A stretch of DNA of 64,000 bases from an uncultured Candidatus Saccharibacteria bacterium (GCA_964513515.1 CAZEMP010000003.1:40927-104926); one strand, 5' to 3'; shown: positions 38,571 to 48,808, numbered from the stretch's first letter. Numbers and translations: made by a program. The notes: a model not told the origin generated them from the letters alone.

Positions 38571-40463
38571 AACGATAATTTAGATACACCTCAAACGTCT
38601 AAATTTATAAAGTGGTATTTATTAGCCTCAATTATATTTTCTTTTACACAAATAATTCTGAATCTCTTTTTTTATTATCATAAAGTTCCTAGTTTTTTAA
38701 TGATTTTATGGTACACAATAAATTTTATATGGTTAGTTTTTAATATAGTTACTATCACGATAATATTTGTAAAGAAATTTAAAAAGAAGTATCTTGTTGT
38801 TCCAATTCTATATTTCTTAGAAAATCTTATTATTCCAATTGCAGTGATTGTAGCTACTATATTATACATTAATTTTTTAGGCATTGTTGAGCTAACTAAT
38901 AATGAAACATTACTAATTGCTATCACAATTTCTTCAGTTTTTTATTTAGGAATGACAATACTATCATGTCTGTTTATTTTTACATTACAAAAAAATAGTT
39001 TATTGTTATGGATAATCGGAGGAGTTGCTTTAGTATCTGTGGTTACGATTATTTTCCCGGTAATAAAATATTTTTCAAAGGATATAAATCAAGAGAAAAA
39101 ATATATTCAAACATCGGTAGAGACTATAAAAAGATCTTTGGCTGGTCCATCTCCAACTAAAAAAGATTGGGCAATTTATACAAATTTAGATTATAAATTT
39201 TCTATCGAGTATCCATGGGAATATGAAGCAGAAAATTATTATCCAGGTGGTACTTATATGAGTACATATGAAATTAATACCATAGATCTACCCACATTGG
39301 ATCCAGATAAGAAAATTTACCTTACTTTAATGACTTTCAGTGATACAAGTGTAAATGATTACAAAAAAAATTGGGAATATGTTGGTGGCAAACCAGAGGA
39401 GCTTCGTTTTTATTATTCACTCCCAAAAATGCGAGAGGCAATCACTTTATCTTTAGGACAATCTTGCCAGGTATTAGATGAAAATAATATTCGTTATTCA
39501 GAAGCGCCAAGTCGTCCTTGTACGGTGACTTCGATAGATGGACAAGTAGCACTTCAGATTATGCCAGCCCCATATTCTATTGATACTTATATAACTTACT
39601 TTATTCCAAGGGAAGATTCGATGTGGTTAGAAATTCGTAAGATTCCAAGTAGTTACAGTGATGAAGTAATGAATACCCTAAAACTTGAATCATTAACAGC
39701 ATCTCAAAATGTACAACAGTTAATTCAGCCGGTTTTAGTAAAAGATTTACAAGAAGAAACTTTAAAACAATTGGGGTGGTCATGGTATGGCCCAACTCCT
39801 GTTTATGGTTCCATTTTAGATTGGGCTGATATAAACACTCTTGAAATATACAAAGGTACTCCGTATGTTAAAGATAAAAATGGAGTATATAGTTCATATT
39901 TTGGTGGAATATCAAGAATGGAAGGAGCTGATCCAAATACATTTATTGTTTATAGTTATGAACTTGCAAAAGACAAAAATCATATCTACATTACTGGAGT
40001 AACAGAATATCCTCAGGATCTAGATGTGCCAACATTTCAAAAAGTTGGTGCGAATTATTTTAAAGATAAAAACTTAGTTTATTTAGGAGATGTAATTTTT
40101 GAAAAAAAATACAACCAGTTATCACATTGGCGTCTAGAAAAAATTTTGGAATTACATGCACCAACTTTTCAATATTTGAATATTTGTGGTTGTGTTGAAA
40201 AATCTTGTACTTTTTACACTAAAGATAAACAAGGTGTGTATTGTGGTTATGATAATAATTTTGAAAAAATTCAAGGAGCAGATTCTTCGACCTTTGAGTA
40301 TGTCGAATCATATTCTCCAGGTGAAATGTTAAATTCTGGTATCGCAAAGGATAAATTTTGTGTATATAACGGTGGCGAAAAAGTTGTTGATGCAAATAAT
40401 GTATGTATAAATCCTAGTACCTGTACAAGTGATAATTTGGTCGCCGGCTGTGGATTAAAATAA
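38559..40463 (+). CDS. polytopic membrane protein with C-terminal DKNYY-type repeats
   Basis: About 6 N-terminal TM helices; repeats DKNGVYSSYFGG / KDKNHIYITG / KDKNLVYLGD / KDKQGVYCGYD / KDKFCVYNGG resemble DKNYY family repeats. Confidence 0.55.
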   Translation: MEQVNDNLDTPQTSKFIKWYLLASIIFSFTQIILNLFFYYHKVPSFLMILWYTINFIWLVFNIVTITIIFVKKFKKKYLVVPILYFLENLIIPIAVIVATILYINFLGIVELTNNETLLIAITISSVFYLGMTILSCLFIFTLQKNSLLLWIIGGVALVSVVTIIFPVIKYFSKDINQEKKYIQTSVETIKRSLAGPSPTKKDWAIYTNLDYKFSIEYPWEYEAENYYPGGTYMSTYEINTIDLPTLDPDKKIYLTLMTFSDTSVNDYKKNWEYVGGKPEELRFYYSLPKMREAITLSLGQSCQVLDENNIRYSEAPSRPCTVTSIDGQVALQIMPAPYSIDTYITYFIPREDSMWLEIRKIPSSYSDEVMNTLKLESLTASQNVQQLIQPVLVKDLQEETLKQLGWSWYGPTPVYGSILDWADINTLEIYKGTPYVKDKNGVYSSYFGGISRMEGADPNTFIVYSYELAKDKNHIYITGVTEYPQDLDVPTFQKVGANYFKDKNLVYLGDVIFEKKYNQLSHWRLEKILELHAPTFQYLNICGCVEKSCTFYTKDKQGVYCGYDNNFEKIQGADSSTFEYVESYSPGEMLNSGIAKDKFCVYNGGEKVVDANNVCINPSTCTSDNLVAGCGLK

Positions 40464-40483
40464 ATTATTACTGTCACCTCTTA

Positions 40484-40520
40484 AGAGTTGAGAATTGTAA
40501 GACTTTTTGTGAAGAGGAAT
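40484..40520. repeat. copy 2a of unit U (duplicate of Pif1 3' end, noncoding here)
   Basis: gagttgagaattgtaagactttttgtgaagaggaat: 33/36 identity to 38494-38529. Confidence 0.7.
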
Positions 40521-40601
40521 TTATAATTAAATAAAAAGAGACCCGCCGTCTGCTCATAGTCGTAGATATTTTCCTTGACTAGATAGCGCGGCGGGCCTTT
40601 T

Positions 40602-40871
40602 TTACTTTTTTGAGAACAGGAGGATGTCGGCATATTCGCCTTTTTTCTCCTCCGATTTCGGGCAGTCATGCCAGAAACCGGCATGTTTATATCCCAAAGG
40701 TGCTTCATCGGGACCAGGGCTCTCCACATTGTTAAGGCATCTTGCTGTTCTCGTGACAAACGTCCGGTGGCCTTTTGAGATCAGCGTTTTGATCTTGGCC
40801 AACATCGCTCTTGCCTTGGCGGGGCTTTTGGGAAACTGCACTCCAACCAAGATGCTCTCTGACTCAGACAT
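40602..40871 (-). CDS. hypothetical 90-aa protein in GC-rich insert (SD-dependent)
   Basis: AAGGAGG 6 nt upstream of ATG (MSESESIL...); local GC >50%; large GC hairpin 40541-40596 adjacent. Confidence 0.45.
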   Translation of the reverse strand: MSESESILVGVQFPKSPAKARAMLAKIKTLISKGHRTFVTRTARCLNNVESPGPDEAPLGYKHAGFWHDCPKSEEKKGEYADILLFSKK

Positions 40872-40955
40872 ATACACCTCCTTGAGTTCTTTAAAAATAC
40901 TACTTTATTACTAAACTTTTGTCTATCGAATGATTTTTTATAATTTCTTATATAA

Positions 40956-40993
40956 CAAATCTTTTGCTATAATACTCTAATATGGAACAAGAA
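40956..40993. repeat. copy 2b of unit U (promoter/start region, now serving xfp)
   Basis: aaatcttttgctataatactctaatatggaacaag vs aaatctttga...tataatattcctatatggaacaag. Confidence 0.65.
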
Positions 40994-43330
40994 TTGGAGA
41001 ATATTAAAAAGTATGTTCGCGCAGCGAACTATCTTTCTGTTGGTCAGATCTATTTACAAAATAATTTTCTATTAAAGGACAAATTAAAATTTGATGACAT
41101 CAAGACTAGACTTTTAGGACATTGGGGAACATGTCCAGGTGTTAATTTTACATATGGCTGTTTAAACAATTTGATCATAAAAACAAATGCAAATATGATG
41201 TTTGTGCTCGGTCCAGGTCATGGTTTTCCTGCGATACAGTCAAACGTATTTTTAGAAGGAACTCTCAGTAAATATTATAAAGAAGCAGAGAAGAATGAAT
41301 CTGGTATAGCTTATATTACAAAGAATTTTAGCTGGCCTTATGGTTTTCCTAGCCACTCTAGTCCGGCAACCCCCGGGGTTATTCTTGAGGGAGGAGAGCT
41401 AGGATACTCACTTTCTACTTCATACGGAGCAGTTTTGGACAATCCAGACCTTATTGTAGCATGTCTTGTTGGTGATGGTGAAGCAGAGACAGCGGCTCTT
41501 GCTACATCATGGCATTTGAATAAATTTATTGATCCAGCAAAAAACGGTGTCGTACTTCCTATACTTCATTTAAATGGATACAAAATTTCTGGGCCAACTA
41601 TCTTTGGAAGAATGAAAAATTCAGATCTCAAATCTTTATTTAAAGGTTATGGTTACGAGCCCATTATTGTGGAAGGACATTCTGATAAAGTGTATGAGAA
41701 AATGGTAAAGGCACTAGACGAAGCCTATGCATCAATAAAAGCAATTCAAAAAGAGGCAAGAGAGAATCCGGATAAGCCACGAGAAGATTATTACAGATTT
41801 CCAATGATTGTTTTAAAAACTCCTAAAGGTTGGACCGGTATTAAGAGTTTGAAGGATGAAAAAATCGAGGGGAACTTTTTGTCTCATCAGGTTGTGGGTA
41901 AAGAAATGAAAACTGACAAAACTGAATTGAAAGCTTTGAATAAATGGATGAGATCTTATAAGTTTGATGAACTTTTTGATTCAACAAATGGTTTTATAAA
42001 AGATATTGAAGATAACATTCCAAAAGAAGGTTATAGAATGGGAGACAATCAAGTTGCATTTGGTATTAAAAAAGGGGATCGCTCTCGAGATTTAAATTTA
42101 CCAAAACCAGAAGACTTTGAGACAAAAGTCGGAGATACTGCTGGCTCAATGTACAAAATCGGCGCATATTTTGCAGAGGTAGTAAAATTAAATCAAGAAA
42201 AAAGAAACTTTAGATTATTCTCACCAGACGAGACATATTCAAATCGTCTTCAAGATATGTTTAAGTACACAACTCGTGCATTCACAGGAAAACTTGAGTC
42301 ATGGGATAAAGATATGTCACGTGATGGAAGAGTGATAGAAATGCTTTCTGAAAATTCATTACAAGGACTTGCACAAGGTTATGTCATAACTGGACGATAT
42401 GGTGTCTTTGCTTCATATGAATCTTTTCTTGAAATAGTTTCTAGTATGACCGAGCAATATAGCAAGTTTTTAAAAACAGCCAGAAAGACAGAGTGGCGCG
42501 GAGACATACCATCTCTCAATTATATTGTGTCTTCAACTGGATGGAGACAGGAACATAATGGATTCTCACATCAAAATCCAGGTTTTATAGACGGCTTATT
42601 GCAAAAAAATAATGATTTTACGAATGTATATTTTCCAGCCGATGCAAATGAGGCAGTTCTTATAGCTGAAAAATGTTTGTCTTCCAAGAACGAAATAAAT
42701 GTAATTGTTGCGGAGAAAACCTTTGAACCAACATGGCTTACAATGCAAGAAGCAAAATTGGAAGTTGAAAACGGTTTATCTGTTTGGAAGTTTGCATCTG
42801 ACGAGAATCCTGACATTGTAATCGCTGGTTGTGGGCAATATTTAACTAAGGAAGCTCTAGCCGCAGTTCAATTATTAAAAGAGGAAGTTGATAATGCAAA
42901 AATACGATTTATAAATATTGTAGAGCTTTCTCCAAACAGTGTTGGACATTCAAAGCGGATTACTCAATCAGAGTTTGAAAAATATTTTACAAAAGATAAA
43001 CCGGTTATATTTAATTTTCATGGATACCCAGAAACTTTAAAACAAATAATTTTTGATTACCAAAATGCCTTAGGAAGGATTTCTGTATTTGGATATATGG
43101 AAAGTGGATCAACTACGACACCACTTGATCTTCATATAAGAAATAAGACAGATAGATATAGTTTGCTTATAGAAGCAGTAGAAAAACTATCAAAAAGTGG
43201 AGTAGTGGCTCAGGATAAGGCCTTGAAAATAGTAGAGAAGTATAAGCATAAAATAAAAGATCATAAAGATTATATTATGAGAGTGGGGGATGATCCAGAA
43301 GAAATTTTGAATTGGAAATGGAAGAAGTAG
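40982..43330 (+). CDS. xfp: xylulose-5-phosphate/fructose-6-phosphate phosphoketolase
   Basis: LLGHWGTCPGVNFTYGCLN signature, TPP-binding regions, 782 aa. Confidence 0.9.
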   Translation: MEQELENIKKYVRAANYLSVGQIYLQNNFLLKDKLKFDDIKTRLLGHWGTCPGVNFTYGCLNNLIIKTNANMMFVLGPGHGFPAIQSNVFLEGTLSKYYKEAEKNESGIAYITKNFSWPYGFPSHSSPATPGVILEGGELGYSLSTSYGAVLDNPDLIVACLVGDGEAETAALATSWHLNKFIDPAKNGVVLPILHLNGYKISGPTIFGRMKNSDLKSLFKGYGYEPIIVEGHSDKVYEKMVKALDEAYASIKAIQKEARENPDKPREDYYRFPMIVLKTPKGWTGIKSLKDEKIEGNFLSHQVVGKEMKTDKTELKALNKWMRSYKFDELFDSTNGFIKDIEDNIPKEGYRMGDNQVAFGIKKGDRSRDLNLPKPEDFETKVGDTAGSMYKIGAYFAEVVKLNQEKRNFRLFSPDETYSNRLQDMFKYTTRAFTGKLESWDKDMSRDGRVIEMLSENSLQGLAQGYVITGRYGVFASYESFLEIVSSMTEQYSKFLKTARKTEWRGDIPSLNYIVSSTGWRQEHNGFSHQNPGFIDGLLQKNNDFTNVYFPADANEAVLIAEKCLSSKNEINVIVAEKTFEPTWLTMQEAKLEVENGLSVWKFASDENPDIVIAGCGQYLTKEALAAVQLLKEEVDNAKIRFINIVELSPNSVGHSKRITQSEFEKYFTKDKPVIFNFHGYPETLKQIIFDYQNALGRISVFGYMESGSTTTPLDLHIRNKTDRYSLLIEAVEKLSKSGVVAQDKALKIVEKYKHKIKDHKDYIMRVGDDPEEILNWKWKK

Positions 43331-43350
43331 TAAAAAGTTTTGTCTAAAAT

Positions 43351-44532
43351 ATGAATAAATACTTAATTGTAAATACAGGCTCTGTTTCTGCAAAATACGC
43401 AATATATTCTGAAAAATCAGAGTTATTTTTTGGACACTTTGAAATAGAAGTTGGTAAAGCAATAGCTACTTTTTATAAAGATGGAGATAAATCAAAATCG
43501 GAAACTATAAGTATAAGTGATCAAATATTTAAAAATTCTTTAGAATTTTTTATTGATGAAGCTATAAAAAATAATATTATAAAAAGTAAGAATGATATTT
43601 TTTCTATAGGTATTAGAATAGTTTCTCCAGGAACTTATTTTCAATCTGATAGAATTATTGATACTTCTTTTATATTGAAAATAACGAAAGAAAAAGATGA
43701 AGCGCCACGCCATATACCAGGTACTTTAAGAGAAATAGGCGAGATAAGAAAAATTTTTAAAGTGACCCCTATTATCGGTATATCAGATAGTGCTTTTCAT
43801 AATAATGTTCCAGATTTTGTTAAACACTATGCAATACCAAAGAAAATAGCAAAAGACTTGGACATATATCATTTTGGATATCACGGTATTTCAATAAGGT
43901 CCATCATTAAGAAATTATCAAGTAAAAAGAAACTTCCTAAAAGGATAGTCGTCTGTCATCTCGGTGGTGGTTTGAGTGTAGTTGCAGTTCGAGACGGTAA
44001 AACTTTTGATACATCAATGGGATATTCGCCTCTTGAGGGTCTTGTAATGTCCACTCGCGTAGGAAATATAGATCCAGTTGCCGTTATACATCTTGGACAA
44101 AAATTAGGTAAAAATAATAAAGAGTTAGAAGCATATTTTAACAATGAATGTGGACTTTTAGGGCTTTCTGGAAAAAGTTCTGATGTTCGAGATCTGATAG
44201 AGCTTGAAAAAGATGGGCATGAGGATTCCAGGCTTGCGCTTGAGAAATTTGTAATGAGTATTAAAAAATATATTGGTTCATATATTGCAGAAATGGGCGG
44301 TATAGATACTTTAGTATTTTCCGGAACGATAGGGGAAAGATCATTTATTATGCGAGATAGGATTTGTGATGGTTTGGAATCATTGGGAATCAAGATAAAC
44401 AAAAGAGTAAATAATAAAACAGTTGGTATTGATAGGAAAATAAGCACTTTGTTCTCAAAAGTTGAAGTTTTAGTTGTTTGTACAGAAGAGATGAAGGATA
44501 TGGCAGAAAGATTAAATCAGTTTAAAGTATAA
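43351..44532 (+). CDS. ackA: acetate kinase
   Basis: MNKYLIVNTGSVSAKYAIY N-terminus; VVCHLGGGLSVVAVRDGK; ASKHA fold; follows xfp. Confidence 0.9.
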   Translation: MNKYLIVNTGSVSAKYAIYSEKSELFFGHFEIEVGKAIATFYKDGDKSKSETISISDQIFKNSLEFFIDEAIKNNIIKSKNDIFSIGIRIVSPGTYFQSDRIIDTSFILKITKEKDEAPRHIPGTLREIGEIRKIFKVTPIIGISDSAFHNNVPDFVKHYAIPKKIAKDLDIYHFGYHGISIRSIIKKLSSKKKLPKRIVVCHLGGGLSVVAVRDGKTFDTSMGYSPLEGLVMSTRVGNIDPVAVIHLGQKLGKNNKELEAYFNNECGLLGLSGKSSDVRDLIELEKDGHEDSRLALEKFVMSIKKYIGSYIAEMGGIDTLVFSGTIGERSFIMRDRICDGLESLGIKINKRVNNKTVGIDRKISTLFSKVEVLVVCTEEMKDMAERLNQFKV

Positions 44533-44629
44533 GTATATAGTTTAAATAAAATATAAATAACAAAATACTCACTCAGAGGCTTTGCCACTAAGTGAGTATT
44601 TTGTTTAAAAAGTCATTACTACAAACTAC

Positions 44630-44923
44630 TTAATAAGATGTAGCAATTCTCTTCATCATTTCTATTTCAAGAGCGTTCAATTTTTCTATAGAAATATGAT
44701 GAACATTCATATGTTGTCTCATGTATTGTAGACCTTTTACTAATTCATTTGTATCTATACCGGCATCTTTATATTTTTCCTCACTCATATCACCTCTAAA
44801 AATTCCCTCGACTATATCCAGTTCTTTTGTGGTAAATCGATGAGTACTATAAAGTGTACTTCTAACTTTTTTCCACTCCTCTTTTGTTACTCTTGGTTTT
44901 GGACTATCAAAAAATATTCCCAT
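44630..44923 (-). CDS. hypothetical protein
   Basis: 97-aa ORF, no motif. Confidence 0.35.
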   Translation of the reverse strand: MGIFFDSPKPRVTKEEWKKVRSTLYSTHRFTTKELDIVEGIFRGDMSEEKYKDAGIDTNELVKGLQYMRQHMNVHHISIEKLNALEIEMMKRIATSY

Positions 44924-45065
44924 AATTTAAATGTAAAGTTAAAAATGAAAAATGTAAAAATAAAATCATTTTATATCATCACAATTACTTGATATTGTAT
45001 CATTTATAAAATACAAATCAAAAGGTTGGTTTTTCCTTATACTTATACTAAATACTTATACTACT

Positions 45066-46166
45066 TTACTGATATTGAATATATATCGGTTGAGGAGTGA
45101 GCTCTAGTATTTCTTCTGGAGCCATCATTCCAAGACTCGGTTTCCATAGATCGTTTCTATAAAAGAGTTTAAACCCAGTAAATTGTACTGGTTCTTTATA
45201 AATATATTTTTTATATGAACTTAATTTATCAGATTTTTGACCCCATCCATCCATATGCATGACTATTTGTACTTCGGGCACAGTTTTTATAAGTTTATAG
45301 TTAGTGACCATCTCTTGTAAGTAGCGATGTATGATAAAAATTTTTGGTGTAAGATTATTTTCTTTTACTAATTGTGCTAAATAATCAGTAGCATAATTTA
45401 TCTCCTCCGCATCATAATTTCCAACATGAATTCCTGGAAGTCTCCCATTTTTCATGGAAAATTCAGGATCTATAGCCAAATGTACTTGAGGCATTTTTAA
45501 ATATTTTTCCAACAATGGTAGTTCTTCCTGAATTGTACTTTGACCTATTTGTATATCAAGAAAAACAATAGCATTTATTTTTTCAGCCATTGTCAATATT
45601 TTATTTATTTCAGTTTCTGGCATTCTGAGCCTATATTTTCCTTCTTCACCCGGTCTTGCCTGGGCTGTTACGGCAATATAATGTAAAGCGGGAACAGCTT
45701 GCGTATTTGGATCGGCAATGTTCCATTTTTGCACTTCAGCATCCAATTTTGCCAACATTTCTTCTTCTGGATATTCACCAAGTACACCCATAGATTTTGA
45801 CAGTAAGTTCCCATAGTATGCTATTACTCTTTTAAATGGCAATATTGCTCCAGCATTTGGATAAACAGTTTTTACCGGCCATAAAGCAGGCTTTGTAGAA
45901 GATGATACTGATGTCGTGCTAACCTTGGTTGTTGTAGTTGAAAACATTGTTGAAGTAGCAATATGTGCAAGCAAATTCAACCTCATATCATAATCTTCTT
46001 TGTCTAATGGTGGCAATTTTATGACAAAGTTATTTATCAAACGTCCGCTCCCATCTAATTTAAAAGAAATAGTTTTACTAAAAACAAAACCAGAGAGTAT
46101 CACCAAAAGTAAAACTACAGAAGTTATATATAGATGAATTTTTTTATTATCAACCACCTTTCTCAT
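45066..46166 (-). CDS. hypothetical exported/membrane-anchored protein, possibly TIM-barrel glycoside-hydrolase-like
   Basis: N-terminal TM, S/T-rich linker, about 270-aa globular domain with alternating beta/alpha pattern; no firm motif. Confidence 0.35.
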   Translation of the reverse strand: MRKVVDNKKIHLYITSVVLLLVILSGFVFSKTISFKLDGSGRLINNFVIKLPPLDKEDYDMRLNLLAHIATSTMFSTTTTKVSTTSVSSSTKPALWPVKTVYPNAGAILPFKRVIAYYGNLLSKSMGVLGEYPEEEMLAKLDAEVQKWNIADPNTQAVPALHYIAVTAQARPGEEGKYRLRMPETEINKILTMAEKINAIVFLDIQIGQSTIQEELPLLEKYLKMPQVHLAIDPEFSMKNGRLPGIHVGNYDAEEINYATDYLAQLVKENNLTPKIFIIHRYLQEMVTNYKLIKTVPEVQIVMHMDGWGQKSDKLSSYKKYIYKEPVQFTGFKLFYRNDLWKPSLGMMAPEEILELTPQPIYIQYQ

Positions 46167-46233
46167 GGTTTTATTTTAACATAGTAAAACACTCTAACAA
46201 AAGTTAGATTAGCAAATTATAAAATTAAATATT

Positions 46234-47451
46234 TCAAAAAATATTTTTCCACCAAGGAATCTTATTATTAATACTGTATATTTTTGAATAAGGATTGTTT
46301 TTATCAACTAATTGATCAGTAAATATTTTACTAGCAATATAGCTATAGGTGAGACCGTTTCCAGAAAAACCAAATGCATAAAAGATATTTTCACCATTTG
46401 CCTGCCCGGCCAGGGTTTCACCTATACAAGCTATTTTATTTACTGGTTCTGATATGGATCCGGACCAATGACGTACTTCCTCAAAGTCATTATTTTTAAA
46501 TAATTCTTTCGTATAATCTTTTATAACTTTTGAACCCAGCTCATGATCTATTTTAAGAGCGCTCAAATTGTCGTTCCCACCAATTATTAGACGGTCAAAA
46601 TCTGCTTTACTGTCTATCCTAAAATAATGATATGGTTTTAATGTATCCTCATACGTACCTTCACGCATAATATTTTTAGGAATTTTATATTCCACAACAT
46701 ATGAGCGGTACATATTGTATTTACGCTCGAGATGCGGTGGTTTTCCAAATGGCATATAGGTAGCTGAAAAAACTTTCTTTGCTTTTATGCCCGGCACATT
46801 TTCGATTTCAACAAGAACGCCTTCTTTTTCCTTTTTTAAGTTCAAGACTTTTGCATTTTCAGAAATTATAGCTCCATTTTTTACAGCTATTTGTGCAAGG
46901 GAATTGACATATTTTAATGCATGAAATTTTGCCTGATTAAATATTTCAATATAGCCAAAGCTATTAAATTTTAGCTTGTTATCCTTTTTATACTCAGCAT
47001 TTACTCCAAGACTTTTATATTTCTCAGTGAGTTTTAAAAGTAATTTTTCTTCCTTTTTTGAATTTGCATAAATATAGTTTGAACAACGTTCAAACTCACA
47101 CTCTATTTTTTCTGAAATTATTATCTTTTCAATCTCATCAATTGCATTTTGATGAGATTTAAAAATCTCTCGCGCCGTATCTTTACTATATAAACTAACA
47201 AGCTTACTGGGAGCAGTATCTAATATTTGAGTTAAAAATCCTGTGGTTGCGCAAGTAACAAACTCTCCGATCTCGTTTTTTTCTAGCAGTATAGGATTTA
47301 TTCCTTCTTTGGCTAATAAGTATGCACTTGTTATACCAGTGATACCACCACCAATTATTAATACGCCAGTTTTACTCGGTAGAGAAATAGGTGAGTAAAT
47401 TGCATGTTCTACACCCTCATGCCATATTTCATAATTTTCCTCACGAATCAT
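46234..47451 (-). CDS. FAD-dependent oxidoreductase (DAO family)
   Basis: GVLIIGGGITGITSAYLLAKEG Rossmann dinucleotide motif; ORF-track start 47496 overlaps upstream gene, ATG 47451 preferred. Confidence 0.7.
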   Translation of the reverse strand: MIREENYEIWHEGVEHAIYSPISLPSKTGVLIIGGGITGITSAYLLAKEGINPILLEKNEIGEFVTCATTGFLTQILDTAPSKLVSLYSKDTAREIFKSHQNAIDEIEKIIISEKIECEFERCSNYIYANSKKEEKLLLKLTEKYKSLGVNAEYKKDNKLKFNSFGYIEIFNQAKFHALKYVNSLAQIAVKNGAIISENAKVLNLKKEKEGVLVEIENVPGIKAKKVFSATYMPFGKPPHLERKYNMYRSYVVEYKIPKNIMREGTYEDTLKPYHYFRIDSKADFDRLIIGGNDNLSALKIDHELGSKVIKDYTKELFKNNDFEEVRHWSGSISEPVNKIACIGETLAGQANGENIFYAFGFSGNGLTYSYIASKIFTDQLVDKNNPYSKIYSINNKIPWWKNIF

Positions 47452-47942
47452 TATTTTACAATTATCTGAGCTTTCATAGATGGGTGAATGGAGCAAATAT
47501 AATCAAATGCTCCGGCTGTATTAAAGGTGAAAGAAAACGTTCCTCCTCTACTCATAACCGGACTTTTAAGCCCACTTAAATTATTTCCAACGACATCGTG
47601 TGGAGCAGAATCGTTGTTTGTCCAAACAACAGTGTCGCCTTTATTTATAATTAAAGATTTTGGATTAAAAGCAAAATTAACTATCGATACTTTATACGTT
47701 TTTGCTTCCACAATCTCAGTAGTTGGGGCTGGTTCCGTTTCTGTATTCACTACAGGGGTGGTATTTATAGGTGATTTCTCTGTTTGTGAATTTTGTGTTT
47801 GTTCTTTTGTTAAGGTCTCTGCTTGATCGACAGATGTTTGTCCACCACTCTCTTTTTGAACCTCAGATGGTTTAATAAAATAAAGTGCGCCAGAAATAAT
47901 TATTACAGCAATTAAAACATATATACTAATTTTATTATTCAT
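47451..47942 (-). CDS. secreted cupredoxin (blue-copper, plastocyanin/amicyanin-like)
   Basis: N-terminal TM/signal; copper ligands in APHDV ... YICSIHPSMKAQIIV (His, Cys, His, Met). Confidence 0.65.
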   Translation of the reverse strand: MNNKISIYVLIAVIIISGALYFIKPSEVQKESGGQTSVDQAETLTKEQTQNSQTEKSPINTTPVVNTETEPAPTTEIVEAKTYKVSIVNFAFNPKSLIINKGDTVVWTNNDSAPHDVVGNNLSGLKSPVMSRGGTFSFTFNTAGAFDYICSIHPSMKAQIIVK

Positions 47943-47978
47943 TTTTTTAAAATTAATTTTAATAATGTAAACGTAAAC

Positions 47979-48200
47979 TTAAATATATAATATAAAACCG
48001 AGTATCACATGAATTAGAACTAAAACAGAAAGTATCAGAGCGTTCAACTTATGGTATTTGAGCATGTCCGATCTTCCGTGTGTAAGCTTGTATCCCAAGT
48101 ACAATTGATAAATAAAACTAATAAGCGTTATTATATCGAGCCAAAATATTAAAGGTTTACCGATTATTATAAAAAACATAATGACAATTATATCATTCAA
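47979..48200 (-). CDS. small hydrophobic membrane protein
   Basis: 73 aa, two predicted TM helices. Confidence 0.3.
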   Translation of the reverse strand: MNDIIVIMFFIIIGKPLIFWLDIITLISFIYQLYLGYKLTHGRSDMLKYHKLNALILSVLVLIHVILGFILYI

Positions 48201-48415
48201 GTTTTATGTTTGCCAATATTATTCTTTTAGTATATGATTGTTTACACTATGGCAAAAAGAATGGCAGTAAATACTAAAAATAAGGCTTCTCGTTCTAAAA
48301 AAACGAGTAAGAGGCTAGCAATAAAAAATGCAAGAATTGCAGCTCGAAAAAGAATTATTAAATAATGTTTAAAAATTACTCCTTAATGGAGTAGTTTTTA
48401 ATTATAAATAACACA

Positions 48416-48808
48416 ATGACATATACTTGGTATTCACAATTGATTAAACCTTTTTTTGCACCACCTGCTTGGATATTTGGTCCGGTATGGTCAGTTTTAT
48501 ATGTTTTAATAACAATATCTTTTGGATATGTTTTCTACCTTTATTTTAAAGGCAGAATACCTTTTATTGTCCTTCTTCCATTTATATTTAATCTTATTTT
48601 TAATTTTGCTTTTACGCCCCTTCAGTTTGGCTTACAAAATAATTTTTTAGCTGCTATTGATATAGTCTTGGTTTTGGGAACACTTATTTGGTCTGTTTAT
48701 GGAATATTGCCTTATGCTTCTTGGGTTACATATATAAACATACCTTATTTACTTTGGGTATCCTTTGCTACAATTTTACAACTTACAATTACTTGGTTGA
48801 ACAGATAG
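48416..48808 (+). CDS. tspO: TspO/MBR-family tryptophan-rich sensory protein
   Basis: PPAWIFGPVWSVLYVL motif and 5-TM architecture. Confidence 0.75.
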   Translation: MTYTWYSQLIKPFFAPPAWIFGPVWSVLYVLITISFGYVFYLYFKGRIPFIVLLPFIFNLIFNFAFTPLQFGLQNNFLAAIDIVLVLGTLIWSVYGILPYASWVTYINIPYLLWVSFATILQLTITWLNR

